Source: Lama guanicoe (Eukaryota). Taken from it: a stretch of DNA of 64,000 nt. Made by a program: the position numbers and the translations under genes. The stretch is from the NCBI GenBank assembly GCA_013239625.1, contig MU054117.1, positions 3,896,677 to 3,960,676 of the forward strand, in the 5' to 3' direction. The notes under the pieces are model-generated. The model was given only the letters and a program-made list of their open reading frames with translations. It was not told the DNA's origin and searched no databases. Every line of letters starts with the position of its first letter. Position 1 is the first letter of the stretch. Shown here piece after piece: positions 1 through 12,500 of this stretch.

Positions 1-329
1 CTGTGGCTCGCTCCTGACCTCTTTCCTGCATGAAGCCAAGGACCCTCACTTGGCGGGGCACATCCCAGGAACGTGCCCAAGACCTGGGGCATGGCCATCC
101 TCTCGCAGCCCATTTTCCCTGCATCGGTACTGAGAAGGTTTCCATCATGTCTCCGGGCTTCTGCCGCCCCTCCCAACAGCCGGCTGCTGGTGCCGCCCCC
201 GACGCCACGCTGTTAGCGCAGAGGTCTGAACCGGAGGCCACTTCCCGTGAGGCCGGGCTCCTCCGGAGGGAAGACCAGCTCCTTACAGCGGTCCACACAG
301 CCCGGGAGCGTCCGCGTCCCCCAGCAGCC

Positions 330-881
330 CTGCCCTCACCTACCTCTTCTCCCACTTCTTTCGTTCCTGCCCACTCTGCCCTGCCAGCCTCCTGACCATT
401 CCTCACACACACACATCAGGACACTTCCTGCTTGGAACCTGGCAGCAGCTCTCCCCTCTGCCCACAGTGTTCTTGCCCCAGATGGCTACAGAGGTCACCT
501 CCCTGCCCCATTTCTTCAAGTTTTTGCTCGAATGCCGCCCTCGTGGTGAGGCCCAGCTGACTCTGACTGCTCCCACTTGGAACGACAATCCTGCCCTCTG
601 AAAGCCCCGGCCTCCCTCAGCCTGCTCTGTGTCTGCCATCCCACTCAGCACGCGCCGTGATGTAACAGTACACACATTATCTGTCTTACCCATAGGTAGA
701 CACTAATTACTCCACGAACAGGCTCTCCCAGTAGAGTGCCAGTGTCACCAGGGGAGAAGTTCTTGTTGGTTTCTTTCATGGTTGTGTTCCCAGCATCCAG
801 AACAACTCCTGGTACTTTGTACGTATTCAAGAAATAGGAGAAAGGAAGGAAGGAAAATTGAATGAATGAATGAATGAATGA
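330..881 (+). mobile_element. LINE-2 (L2) 3' fragment ending in (TGAA)n tail
   Basis: Diverged L2-like body ('ctctcccctctgcccacagtgttcttgccccagatggc', 'gtgttcccagcatccagaacaactcctggtac') ending in a (tgaa)n run at about 859-881, the typical L2 terminus. Confidence 0.65.
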
Positions 882-1523
882 AGGGCTTTTTCTACCCTAG
901 GGACAGAAGAGATTGAGGAGGACAAAGTGCTCATATGCAGGGAGGGGTCCTTAGATGGGTCCTCCCAACACCGAACACACAGGCGCTGCTCCATCCACGA
1001 TCCAGACCCCGCTCTACCGTCCTGATCAGCCTCCAGGTCTGGGTGCCCAAGACAGACGCGGTCCCGCTGGAGGCTTTGTGACTCAAGTCGACTTCTGGCC
1101 TGTGAAGGAAGCAGGATGAGCTGGTATAGGTGCCACCAGAAGCCAGGTCCTGCCCTGGCTGCGGACCTCAAACCCCTTCCCTTGTCACCTGGTGGCAAAT
1201 CCGAGGGAACACCGTGCAAGTCAGGAGAGCACTTGTCCAAGGGAAAGGGTGCTCCCCCGGGATCAGGACCTTCCTTATGACTCTTGAATTGGAATCTCCC
1301 AAAGGCAGGAGCCAGGCCAGCCTGCCTACCTTAGTCCATGCTAAGCACTTCCCAGGTGCAAATTAGTATTTCAAAAATAATTTTGAAGATGATTTAATAT
1401 TGATTCTGTTACTTCTATTCATCTATGAGGAACAGAAATATTCATATTCCACCAAATGTTCACAGAGGGTTCCAAATTTAGCTTCCTGATACAGTCTTCT
1501 GTAAAGCTATGGGGGATCCATCT

Positions 1524-2200
1524 TTTTTTTGTTTTAATTGAAGTAGAGTTGATTTACAATCTTGTGTTAATATCCGGTGTACAGCACAGTGATTCAGTGA
1601 TACATACATATTCTTTTTCATTATATGTCATTGCAAGCTATTGAATCTAGTTCCCTGTGCTTTGCAGCAGGACCTTGTTGTTTATCTATTTTATACACAG
1701 TTGTTTATATCCGCTAATCCCGAATTTCTACTTTATCCTTCCTCTCAACTTCCCCTTTGGTAACCATAAATTTGTTTTCTATGTCCATGAATCTCTGTTT
1801 TGTAAATAAGTTCAGTTGTATCATTTTTTAGAGTCCACATATAAGTGCCATCATATGATATTTCTCTTCCTCTGTCTGACTTATTTTACTTAGTATGATC
1901 ACCTAGGTCATCTATGTTGCTGCCAATGGCATTATTTCATTATTTTTTATGGCTGAGTAATATTCCACTGTATATATATACCACATCTTCTTTATCCCAT
2001 CATCTGTCATGGACATTTAGGTTGCTTCCATGTCTTGGCTATTGTAAATGGTGCTGCTGTGAACACTGGGGTGCATGTATCTTTTCAAATTAGAGTTTCC
2101 TCTGGATGTATGCCCAGGAGTGGGATTACTAGATCATTTTTTTTTAGTTTTTTAAGGAATCGACATACTGTTTTCCATAGTAGCCACACCAAATTACATA
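1524..2200 (-). mobile_element. 5'-truncated L1 (ORF2 C-terminus plus 3' UTR), cetartiodactyl/camelid type
   Basis: Poly-T then 'aattgaagtagagttgatttacaat...cagcacagtgattcag' and 'gtcttggctattgtaaatggtgctgctgtgaacactggggtgcatgtatcttttcaaatt' (antisense L1 ORF2 end). Probable TSD gggggatccatct (1511-1523) / gagggacccatct (2201-2213). Confidence 0.93.
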
Positions 2201-3299
2201 GAGGGACCCATCTGTTATAAGTGAGTCCCAGAACTTCACGTGTGGCTCGGATGGTAGTTGTTTCTTTGCTCCGTGCTGTTCAGACATTACTAAGACCCTT
2301 GGCAATTTCACTGGAGGCAGCAGAATGCCTGCCAAGGACTCTTTTCTCAAATTCTTTCTATAAAGTTTGTAAATCAACATTAAGAAGATTGTTCCTCCCT
2401 GGGACTATTCAGTTTCGGGCACTGTTCACCTGAGAAGGCAGGAGACAAATGTAACTCACACAGGTGGGCCGCAGGGAGACGGGCGCGTCTTACCGATGTG
2501 TTCTGAAACACCCACCAAGAGAGGCCGCTGTGGAAGAACAGAAAGAGCCCTGGAACCGGAGCCAGGAGGCCTGCTTTGTGTCCCAGCTCTGCCTCTTCCT
2601 CGCTGTGCGTCCTTAGGCAGGCCGCCCCGCCTCTCTGAGTCTGATTCACTGCTCAGGAAAGGGAGGCTCACAGCACGTGCCCTCCGCACGCCACCTCAGT
2701 ATGTTCTTTGTAAGCTATGAAGCTCTGTTCAAACTTGAGGGGCATTTATGCTTCTAATAACAGACCCTGCTCCATGGGTTGTTCCAAGGGTGATATGTGA
2801 TGTCTCAGAGGAGAGGGACGGAAAGGTGAGCAGGCTGGTTTTCACCATCTGGGCACCGGCTGTTGCAGGGATGCACTGCGAGAAAGTAGCCGTGTTTGGG
2901 GCCCCTCTTTCCCTCCAGCCCTGGCCCTGCACTGGGGCATTGTGTGCCAGCAGAGATGGGCATGATGGACCTCCGGTCCTCTCCATCCTAAAGGTCAGGA
3001 AATGGATTCACACCCTTAACAACTCAGCAGGAAGCAGCAGGCACAGCCCCAGGCACGGCTGCCTTTGTTCCGGCAACACCTCTCATTTATTCAACAGCTT
3101 CCCTGGGGGAGGAGCGTAGGTGTTGTTTGGCACCAAAGGGGAACAATGGGGCAGGTATTCATAGCTCTGCCCTCACACCTGCGGGGCTGAGCCTGGCACT
3201 GCCCTGGGGCGGAAATAGAGGGGCTGCTTCCCTCCTCTGCACAGAGCAGAGAGAAGGCACGAGCCCCGTCAAACTGATGCGAAGGGTGGAAGGGTGCGC

Positions 3300-3900
3300 A
3301 GTGAGCTTCGGCCCACGGATGTGGGGGGGATGGGGTGAGGGCGGCCCCGGGCGGGGAGGGAGGGAGCCAAGCCCTGACCTGCCCTCAAAGGAGCTTGGCT
3401 CCTCTCGGTCCGGATTCTGATGTAGTCACGTTGTAGTCACATGACCTTCGGCAAGTCTTTGAAACAGTGTCTCCCCTGGAAAACTGCGACGACAATAACA
3501 GTACAGTTTTAAAAGCGGGCTCACCTTGCGCACAGTGAGTAAGTGGATGCACAGTGTTTGTTGTTGGGTCTTGCTGGACTGGAAAGACGGCCACCCAGGG
3601 AACAATGGAGAACAATGCGCGACAGTCTGTGCTGCGGCGCCGGATTAAACAGCACCGGTGCCAACCTGCGCGGCCCCGCCGGCCGCCCTCGGCCCGCATC
3701 GGGGCTGGGGGTCCGGACAACAGGGCGCCTGTCTGACTTCCCGGGACGGGGGCGGGGGGCGGCCGCCCACCGCGGGGCCTGTCTGTCTGCGCAGCGGAAG
3801 GCGCCGTCTCCCACGGGCCCGCCCACCTCCGCGTCCTCTCGGCGGATTCGGGGATTAGAGGCATTCTTATCCTTTTGAATGTAACTCACGGTTACGAAGT
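3300..3900. promoter_or_regulatory. CpG island (left cluster, part 1), putative promoter or enhancer
   Basis: Dense unmutated CpG, especially 3610-3860; GC boxes (ggggcggggg about 3748-3758); SOX and GGATTA motifs. Confidence 0.7.
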
Positions 3901-4089
3901 CCTTAAGGTGTAGGCCTGTCGTAGGTTTACGAGGATGCAAAATAGGTGGCACATAGGCCCGCCCCCAAAGAGCAATAGGAAGACAGTGTGTGTGTGCGTG
4001 TCTGTAGATATAAACTCATTATGATATCATAGACCTATATATTATATATCTCCTGTTTATCTGTTATAAACAAAATACTACGGTGTTTT

Positions 4090-4267
4090 TTTTTTTAATA
4101 TGAAACGTTTTTGTTTTGTTGTTGTTGTTCATTTTTTTGTTTTTGGGGGGCGTAATTTTATATATATATATATATATTTTTTTTTTTTAATGGGAGTACC
4201 AGGAATTGAACTCAGGACCTCATGCATGCTAAGCACGCGCTCTACCACTGAGCTGTTACCCTCCCCC
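4090..4267 (-). mobile_element. tRNA-Ala(AGC)-derived SINE, camelid Vic-1-like
   Basis: Minus strand reads ggggagggtaacagctcagtggtagagcgcgtgcttagcatgcatgaggtcctgagttcaattcctggtactcccattaaaaa (A box, AGC anticodon arm, B box) followed by an A-rich/(TA)n tail. Probable TSD ctacggtgtttt (4078-4089) / ctacagggtttt (4268-4279). Confidence 0.9.
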
Positions 4268-4579
4268 CTACAGGGTTTTAAAGCAACATAAAATTTGGGA
4301 AATGAGGAGGTCTGCCTGGTGGAGAGGACATTTACAAATGGCCTCGGGGGCAGCTCTGGCTTGCACACAAATACAGACTCACCGTCTAGCTGAAAGACAC
4401 AGGCCCCTCAGCTGTTCCTAGAGCACGCCCCAACGCAAAACGAAAATGCCTGTTCTGAAAAAGAAAGAAAGGAAGGATGCCGTCTTGTGACAGAAGCCAA
4501 TTCTGGAGGATGAGTGTCCAGCCCAAGCAGAGAAAAAAGGAAACCCTTGAGAATAGCAAAAGGAAAGCAGAGGTGGCTT

Positions 4580-5450
4580 TGGAGGCGGAGGGGCTGGAAT
4601 CAGAGCAGGAGCTGGGAGGCCTTCCCCGGCCAGGGCGCAGGGAGGGCGCGGCGGGCAGGCTCCGGCAGTCGGGCCCCACGGGGGCGGAGGTGGAGGCTGG
4701 GGCTCTGGGGGCGGCAGGGGAGAGAATTCCGGAAGGACGCTGAGGCCCAAGCCTGGGGCGTCTTGTGCAGCTCGCTGAAGCATGGGGCTGAATGTCACCT
4801 TTGCTCCTCCGAGAAACAGGCCCAGAGAACTGCTCCAAGATGGCTTTTCCCCTCAGCGTGGAGGAAGCAGTGGAGCGAAGAGAAACAGAAGCAGAGAAGC
4901 CTGCAGGTTGTTCTCAAAACCAGGTGCAGGGGGTGCCGGCGGGGACAGAGAAGAAGAGGGAACAGCGGGACGCAGCTTGGAGCTGGACTCGGACTCGCGG
5001 ACCTGGCAGCGCTCTGCGGGGGGGCGGCGAACACACACCGCACACAGCGCTTCCCGGCCTCTCCCTCCCGCGCTGCCAAATCCCCCGAGAACGGGCTGCA
5101 CCTGCCACCTCCGCTTCCTCCCGCCCGCCCACCTTCTCCTTCACATCCGGCAGTGTCCCCACCCCTCCTCTGCTCAGAAAGGGCCCTCGTGAAGGTCACC
5201 GAGGTCCCTTCTTCAGTCCCATCTTCTACACAGAACTGGGTATCTCTGACCCTTTGCTCTTTGGAATCCTTCCCTCTTGGCGCTGGCACCAAGACACCCT
5301 CCTGGTCCGCGCCTACTTTCTGGCCCCTTCTTCACCGCATCCTCAGGGTCCTTATTTTCGCCCTCCTGCATCCCGAGCAGAGCGTTTCCCCAGAGCGTGC
5401 TTTCTTCCTTCTCGGTTCTCCATCCTCTCTCGCATAGAACCATCTTCAGC
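4580..5450. promoter_or_regulatory. CpG island (left cluster, part 2)
   Basis: High GC and CpG, multiple GC boxes (ggggcggag 4682-4690, gggggcggc about 5020), no repeat signature. Confidence 0.7.
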
Positions 5451-7339
5451 CTCTTGCCACAGTGTCAGTGGTTGCATCTCCTCAGTCTGTGCTAAATTTG
5501 TGTTCCAGCACTGGGTCCACATTTCAGAAGCCCCGTGGGACTTTGCAGCTGTATGCCCTGGATGACGCCAGACCCAAGATGGCTTTCCTTCAAGGTCACC
5601 TCCTCCTTACTTCCCTGTTTCTGTTAATAGACCACCAGCCCCCTAAGCACCTGCACTCCGAATTCCAGAGCATTTCGGATGCTTCTCCTCCCTCACTGCT
5701 CCCCTCCGGCAGCATCACGTCTAGTCAACCTGTCCTGGGATCTCACATCCACTCCCTCCATCCTCACCCCCGTTCCCGCCCCCTTAAGTCATGACTGGAG
5801 CCCAGCGGTTGCCTCCGGGTCCTCTCTAAGCAGTCTCTCCGTCAGGAGCCGTCCTGCACGTGGCCAGCAAATCAACGTTCCCAAATAGTGCTCAGGTTAT
5901 AGGAACTCTTTTCAGCCCCTACTGAGTCCCTGTCACTAAACTGGTTTCTAGAAAGAGGAAAATTAAAGCATCCGTGTACTAGTTGAAGAGACAGACTTGA
6001 AAACCGGTCGTAGCCAAAAAGTAACACAAGACAATCATTCAAATGTAAACACCCTGCTGGTGGAGCCCAAGGGAAGGAGTTAGTAACTTCTGAGCTGAAG
6101 TTTAGACTGGTCCTTTAACATAAACTGAGATTCAGAAAATTAGGAAAGGGGAGGAAGGTTACATTTGAGAGAGGAAACCAAGTCCAAAAACAAGGAAGCA
6201 TGGAAGGACGTGGCCAGGGGAGGAATGGGTGCCGGTGGGTGTGGACCATGGCTGGAGACATACTGGAGACGGGGACTGTGGCTTCATATGTCATGTCAAG
6301 GAGATGCGCTTTCTCTTACAACCCACAGGTCAAGGGTTTCTCAGCAGGGGATGCTATGACAGGTTAGCCATGAGCAAAACAGGAGACTGGAAGTGGACCA
6401 TCAGACCTCTGGGTCTGGAAGAGCATCAGGAGACAGATGAAGGTGAACAGTAAACCCTATCTCAAAGTAAGTGACACCAGCATCAGAGCAAAGTAAGATG
6501 CCAGGGTCCTTTCAGCAGACTCCTGACTGGGAGTCCAGGAGAAGCAAGAAATACAAGAACCCAAGGCCATACAGACGGGAGGCACCAATGAAATGCGGGA
6601 GGGATGGGGATATGAGGCTAATTTACCTCCAGCAGGTCCTAGTTTCTCCACAGTAGTGCCCTCTTTGAGGGCTGAGTGCTTTCCCTGTTCAGACACAAGC
6701 TCTCAAAGTGTCAGGGAGTGTCACATTGCTCTCACTCCCGTGACTCTGCTGACAGGATGGAGGACATCATGAAGGAGAACACGGAGGCAGGTGAGTCGGG
6801 AGGCCAGGTCTGCGGTCAAGATCGAGGGCAGTGGGTCACGAGCACAGAGGTGATGGGGTGGAACTGAACAGTCTCCCACGATCCACAAGCCTTAGTGACT
6901 GTCAGCATTTATCATTTTGATGATGTCACTTACGGGATCAAAACACTTTTTAAAGATGCCCATCTTAGAAAGGTTACCAAAATGTGAGACACAGATTTTA
7001 GGACCTAGCGCTGAATTAACTTCAGTTTTCATAGTTGTTTCATTGAAGTAACTTGTTGATTCAATCCCCTTTTGATGCATCTGATAAAATCAAAGAGAAA
7101 CTGTTGAATTTTGGTCTGTATGTCGCACCTTTAGACCCTTGATAACACCCTTTTCCAATTAGGGTAGAGCAGCCTCGCGGTTTGACAAGCCACGGTATCT
7201 AACCCTAATTTAATCTCACTGTAATGTAATCGTTTTCCATCAAGCCTCTAAAATCTCTTTTAAGCATTTCTGATTTTTCCTTTTTATTTGTTGGAGAAGG
7301 TTGGAAAATAATAAAGTCGTTTGTTGCTACTGCCCCTCT

Positions 7340-8850
7340 TCCCACAGTACAGACAGTCCTGGACGATGAATAACTGACAAGGAAAAGAAATGAGATGCAT
7401 AAGAGTTGGAAAGAGAAAAATCATAACAAAGAAAATGATGATCTGCCCAGCCCAGAAAATCAACAAACCACAGTGACAGCTATAACCAAGCAGAAAACAC
7501 CTTTGAAAGTAGATAGCCTTTATACCCAGATAATAAACTCACAAAGAACTCGTCAACAAAAATGCCATTTAAAATAGGAACTAAAAGCTCTAAAGCTCTG
7601 AAGTAACTAGAAATTAATGAAAATGCAAGAGACCTACATGGAAAGAAATGATGGAATAGCCAATAGGACATGAAAAAACTAAACAGAGAACCATACAATG
7701 AGCATGAATGAAAGAAAACATGAAAATTCCAATTCTCCCCCAAGTCGTGTATAAAGTTTACATAATTTCACTGTAAATCCTACAGAATAAGATAAAAATA
7801 ACACTAAAATGTATGTAGAATAATAAAGGTCTATGAAGGGCTTATATGTTTTGAAAAAGAATGAAAAAGGAGACCCTGTTTACTTACCAGATATTAAAAC
7901 ATGTTGTAAAGACAAATGAGTTAAAACCAGCACGATCCTAGTGCAAGAACAGAGATTCGCCAGCCACAGAGGGCAGGGTTCAGAAACAGAACGCACATGT
8001 GCAAGGGGACATGGTTGATCGTGGAAGAGCCCTCACAAGTCAATAATGAAACCGGTATTTGATAGATTCCTTGGGGAAATTGAAAAACTTTGAGACAAGT
8101 AAAATTAGAACTCAAATTCAAACTACTTGCAAAAATAACTTCCAAGTAGATTAAAGGGCTAAACATGAAAGGCAAAACAGTGAACTATTAGAAGAAACTT
8201 GAGGCTGTCTCTCTGTTCTTTAATTGAATGGGGGTTTCTTAAGACACAAAAGCATATAGCAGAAGGGGAAACACTGTGGGTTTGACCACATGGAAATGAA
8301 ATATTTTTTTTCTGAGAAAGACTCTTTACACAGATTTGACAGTTGCCAGACAGGGAAAGTATGTTGCAAAGCACATGACTGATTGTAATCCAGAATATAT
8401 AAGAAAGTTATGTAAATCTGCAAGAAACAGTCAAGAAACCTAAGTTAAAATGGGTCAAGAAAGTATGTAGATGATTTATAGAAGGTAAAAGCTGACAAGA
8501 TAATGCATATATGAACAGGTCATCAACTTGATTACTAACCAGGAAAATGTGAAATCAAGTAATGATTGGAGACATCACTTCATACCTACGAAACTGGCAA
8601 AAATGGGAAAATAAATCAAGTATCGGAATAATGTCAAATACTGGGGAAATGGAAACGCACACACTTTGTCGACAGGAGTGAAAGCCAGTGGAGCCATTTT
8701 AGTATCAAAGGTACAGGGTTTGGTCAAGTGTGCACGCACCCTGCGATTTTACCCCTAACAGCTTTATGCATCAGACGTATGAGGAGACATGTGGGCAAAC
8801 ATTTTTATAGCTAAGAGTTGGAAACAACCTTTGGAAACCAAACCAGAGGA
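7340..8850 (+). mobile_element. Ancient L1M (L1ME/MC-like) ORF2 fragments
   Basis: A-rich plus strand with decayed L1 motifs ('aaataggaactaaaag...gaaattaatgaaaatgcaagagacctacatgg', 'ttaccagatattaaaacatgttgtaaag', 'cacttcatacctacgaaactggcaaaaat', 'atagctaagagttggaaacaacc'). Confidence 0.75.
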
Positions 8851-9064
8851 TTAATCTGAAAATTCAACCTGGTGCAAAATAGTGGAAGAATAAAAATACT
8901 TTCTAAGGCTGAACCCAAATGGCTTCTTGATTAAGGGCAGAGGTGACTCCTCCCAGCTTCCCATTTCTAGAATGAGTAATGGTGAGTTGAGTCTAGGTGG
9001 CTTCAAAACCAAACCTTTCATTTCCATGTCTATTTTATTCCAAAAACTAGATTCGAAGACTAGT

Positions 9065-9423
9065 TCAGACTGAATGGTGTTTCCCCAAATTCATAGGTTG
9101 AAGCCCTAACCAACCACGTGACTTTGCTTGGAGACAGGGTCTTTAAGGAGGTGATCAAGGTGAAATTAGGTCATAAGGATGAAGCCCAGTAAGACTTGTG
9201 TCCTCCTGAGATGAGGAAGAGACACCAGGAGCGAGCACACACAGAGGAAGGGCCACATGGGACGTGGAGAACGTGGCCGTCTGCAGGCTAAGGAGAGCTG
9301 TCTCACCGGAAACCAGCACTGTTGACTCGCTGATCTTGAACTTGCAGCCACCATAACTGTGAGAAATTTAATTTCTGTTAAAGCCATCGCAGTGTTGTGT
9401 GTGGCCGCCCAAGCAGACTAATA
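9065..9423 (+). mobile_element. MaLR solo LTR (MLT1A-like)
   Basis: 'tgaatggtgtttccccaaattcataggttgaagccctaacc...ggtctttaaggaggtgatcaagg...gaggaagagacaccag...actgtgagaaatttaatttctgttaaagcc...gcagactaata'. Confidence 0.85.
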
Positions 9424-11714
9424 AAAAGAGCATCTATAATTGCGAGAAAATCACCAAGAAGGGTTACAACAAATGTTTAAATTTAATTTTCAGTTCATCT
9501 CAGCAAAGACCACCCTGCCAAAAATATGTAGGTCCAATGCAAATGCGTATTTTGATCTGAAAACCCTGTGCTTTGCTGCGCCCTTCTACATATGGATTTG
9601 CATCCATCTTCCTATTTTCACACGAGTTTTTGTTATTCATCATTAATCATTTCAACAGCACTTCCGATGTGTTCTCATGGGCTGCTGTTTCCTCCTCTTT
9701 ATGTGATCTCAGGCAAGACGTTTTGTTTCTTCCAACATAAAGCCTTTTGAAAAAGCAGTCAATTTGATTTGGGGACAGGATGCAAGACGGGATTCCAAAG
9801 TGATAGATGATAACCACTCTCGGCAAGGACTTTACAGATCGGCTGTTGGCAGAGAGTAGCGCACACACGTGTGCACACCGACATCCTGACCGAGACCTTC
9901 AGGATCTGTGCGGGCTTGCCTGTGCCTCCACGAACCCCCCTCCCACCTCCTAATAAGATCAAGGGAGAGGAGGCTGAGGTGGATACTGTGAAACCCAGGG
10001 AGGGAGCTTGGGCAGAATACTGCAGTCAGAAGTCCACTGAGGGTTATGAAGGGTGTGTTTTGCTTCAGCAACTGAGATTAGCTTTTTGCACTAAGGCCAA
10101 ATTGCTCTTGTGTGGGAAATTCCCTCACATCTGGTTTCACGTTCCTGGAAGAGTCCTCTGTGGCCAGGACCAGACTGAGTGGGGTGGATGCCAATGATTC
10201 TAGTTAATTCATCTGAGAACCTAGAAGATTAGGAAGAGTCACAGGAAAGAACGTGTGATGTGGCAGGAGGGGCACCAACACTTCATCGATGAGGAAACTG
10301 AAGTTCCTAGAAGAGAAGTGCTCACGCTGTCAGAGGAGGAGGGAAAGGGGTGGGAAGAGCTGGGGCTCCAGGATCACGTGCGGGGGCGGGGCTCCAGAAC
10401 ACAGCTGGGAGAGCTGGGACTGCGGTCTGGCAGCCACGTCCCTCTGCCACACCTCAGTGCACACCACCAGACCCAGGACAGCGCCACTTAAGGAAGGTCA
10501 CTGAGTGCTTGGTGGTGCAGATCAGGGAGAAACTTTTCTTGAGCATTATAAACTTTATTTTTTGCCTACTAGCGCATTACGTGTTTTCACTTAACTTGGA
10601 TGTAATGAGTACCAGATCTGTGCAAATCAGAGGCAGTGGGTGGGAAGGAGCAGAGATTGGATGCCAAGGTGATGAAGGTGGCTCCTGCCCTCTGAGAGAC
10701 ACCCAGGGCTAGCTGGGAAGATGATTGCACACAGCACAAGGAGCGCAGGAAGGAAAGAGCTAAGAGCAAGTTATGGGAAGGACATCGGGATAAAACTAGA
10801 ATGAAAATGCTCTGATGGAGCCTTGGGGACAGAGCAGGTGGCCAGCTTTAAAAATCCCATGCCATCAGTTTACTAACTGGTAGTTTAGAGTCCTCCTAGG
10901 GCACATCCAAATTACACACAAGGTGGCTGATCACCCACAATTCATTATTATACTATATACTCTGGTTTAAGGAGAGGAGAGAGTAAAGTAAAAGTGACTT
11001 ACTTACTGAGTCAGAAACTGTGCTAAAGATTTACAGAGTGCGTAGAGTGAAGGCAGGGAGGCTTCCTGGAGGAAGGGAGTCATTTACTGACATTGCAGGA
11101 AGGATGAAGCAATTCAGTTGGCAGTACAGAAAGCGTGCACCTTTAATTTTGTGGCTTCCAGGAATTCGATCCAGCCTCATAAGCTTAATATGCTTCTGTA
11201 TTTTTCCTTGCCCTTGGGAGAGGCAATGGCCCAGGTGCAGGAAGAGCAGCCTGCCATGAAAGGCTTGGCGGGAGGGACCCGTGTCAAGGTGTAGGAGGTG
11301 AGAAGGCTCTCCCTTCCACGCCCATTTCCAAGTTCTCTGCGTTCAGCTCAATTTACGAGGTGTGGAAGACAGCTAGAAGGAGACGGCCCAGCTCAGGATG
11401 GCAGGTGGGATTACAGAGCATTATGCACAGCAGGAAGTGGCATTTGTATGGACCAGTCTGACTTCCCGCCAAGAGGGACTGTGAGTAATACAAATAGAAA
11501 ACACTTTTCAAGAATGGCCCCAGAAGGAGCCTGGGATGTTAGACCAGGCTGACTAAGGTCAGAAAATCCCTAACAATTGTGAGAACATGTAAGTGACTCC
11601 TAAGATGGGCTGGGCAGTGGGAGGGGTCTTGGTGGAGAGGAGGAAGGGGAAGGAGATGGGAACTTGGCTAGAGGTGGACCAAAGTACTTCTGGATTGGAG
11701 AGCCCCTAGATGAC

Positions 11715-11955
11715 ATCTCGGGCCAAGTTCTCCATGAAACGAGCTCTCAGATAGAGATCCACGTGCAGGAGGAGTTCCTTGGGGGCAGGTGGGCAGAGGG
11801 AGAAGTTGAACAGCAAAGCAGTGGCCACAGAAGCACCAGCCAACCCCGCAGGGTGCTCTGGAGTTGAGATGAGCATCCAGGCATGTCCAGATGGAAGCAA
11901 GGAGGCCAGGCCTCTGGGCTCCAACATCAGTCAGTCATGAGATACAGGTTGCCCT
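11715..11955. mobile_element. Old ERVL-class LTR fragment (LTR16/33/40-like)
   Basis: 'ctctcagatagagatccacgtgcaggagg...gggcagagggagaagttgaacagcaaagcag...gggtgctctggagttgagatg' resembles remembered ERVL LTR consensus; family and strand uncertain. Confidence 0.5.
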
Positions 11956-11959
11956 CATA

Positions 11960-12500
11960 TCATAAAATGTATTATTACTTATACTCAAAATACACATAAT
12001 TCATAAATAATTATACTTTTATTTCATTAGAATTATTTTTTAAATGTTATTGCCTTCATTTCAGCAAAATTACTAATTATGTTCTCATAATCAACATTTG
12101 CACATAATTTGTGTCCCATCCCTAGTAAAACTGAACAACATTTCTTGAGCCATTTTAATTTTAGATAGCTTCCTACTAATTTAAATTTGGAGAAACATAG
12201 TTCTACAGAGGTATGACCAGTGAGAGTTTTAATAGAGTTCTTCAAACCATACTTCTATTTGTATAACAAATATAAACTTTATGCATCATCTTCAGATACT
12301 GTAATGGAGTGGCATGTGATAAACTAATATGATCAAAAATATTCCAAGTATTGTAAGTATCTCACGGTGACTTTTACTGCAGTTTCATCATCACTACGTA
12401 GCTGTACACTGTAATGTCAAGAGTCAGTGTCGTGCTTCTTAAGTCTGTTGTATCTAGACTCACACGTACACAGACTTCAGGGTAATATGAAGGGTTTGCT
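11960..12500 (-). mobile_element. hAT (Tip100/Zaphod-like) DNA transposon relic encoding a decayed transposase C-terminal dimerisation domain
   Basis: ORF 12033-12245(-) 'TSVELCFSKFKLVGSYLK...GHKLCANVDYENIISNFAEMKA' aligns with the hAT motif 'ASAERSFSKLKLIKNYLR...EHELCENLDYDNIISDFAEMKAR'. Confidence 0.8.

Noticed and set aside
4191..4267. Apparent tRNA-Ala(AGC) gene
   Set aside because: It has a SINE-type tail and TSD, a second dispersed diverged copy exists, and the 5' end is extended relative to a true tRNA, so it is a SINE
4514..5565. Long ORFs (307 aa, 257 aa and overlapping frames on both strands)
   Set aside because: They overlap a GC-rich CpG island where stops are depleted; translations are low-complexity (R/G/P/S/A) with no recognisable domain, and several frames are open at once
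7199..7208. CTAACCCTAA matching the telomerase RNA template
   Set aside because: The flanks do not resemble TERC (no GC-rich pseudoknot or CR2-CR8 regions) and there is no telomeric array
10462..10485. REST/RE1-like right half GGACAGCGCC (also gcaccaggacagct at about 35725)
   Set aside because: The left half is missing or the spacing is non-canonical, so there is no full RE1 site
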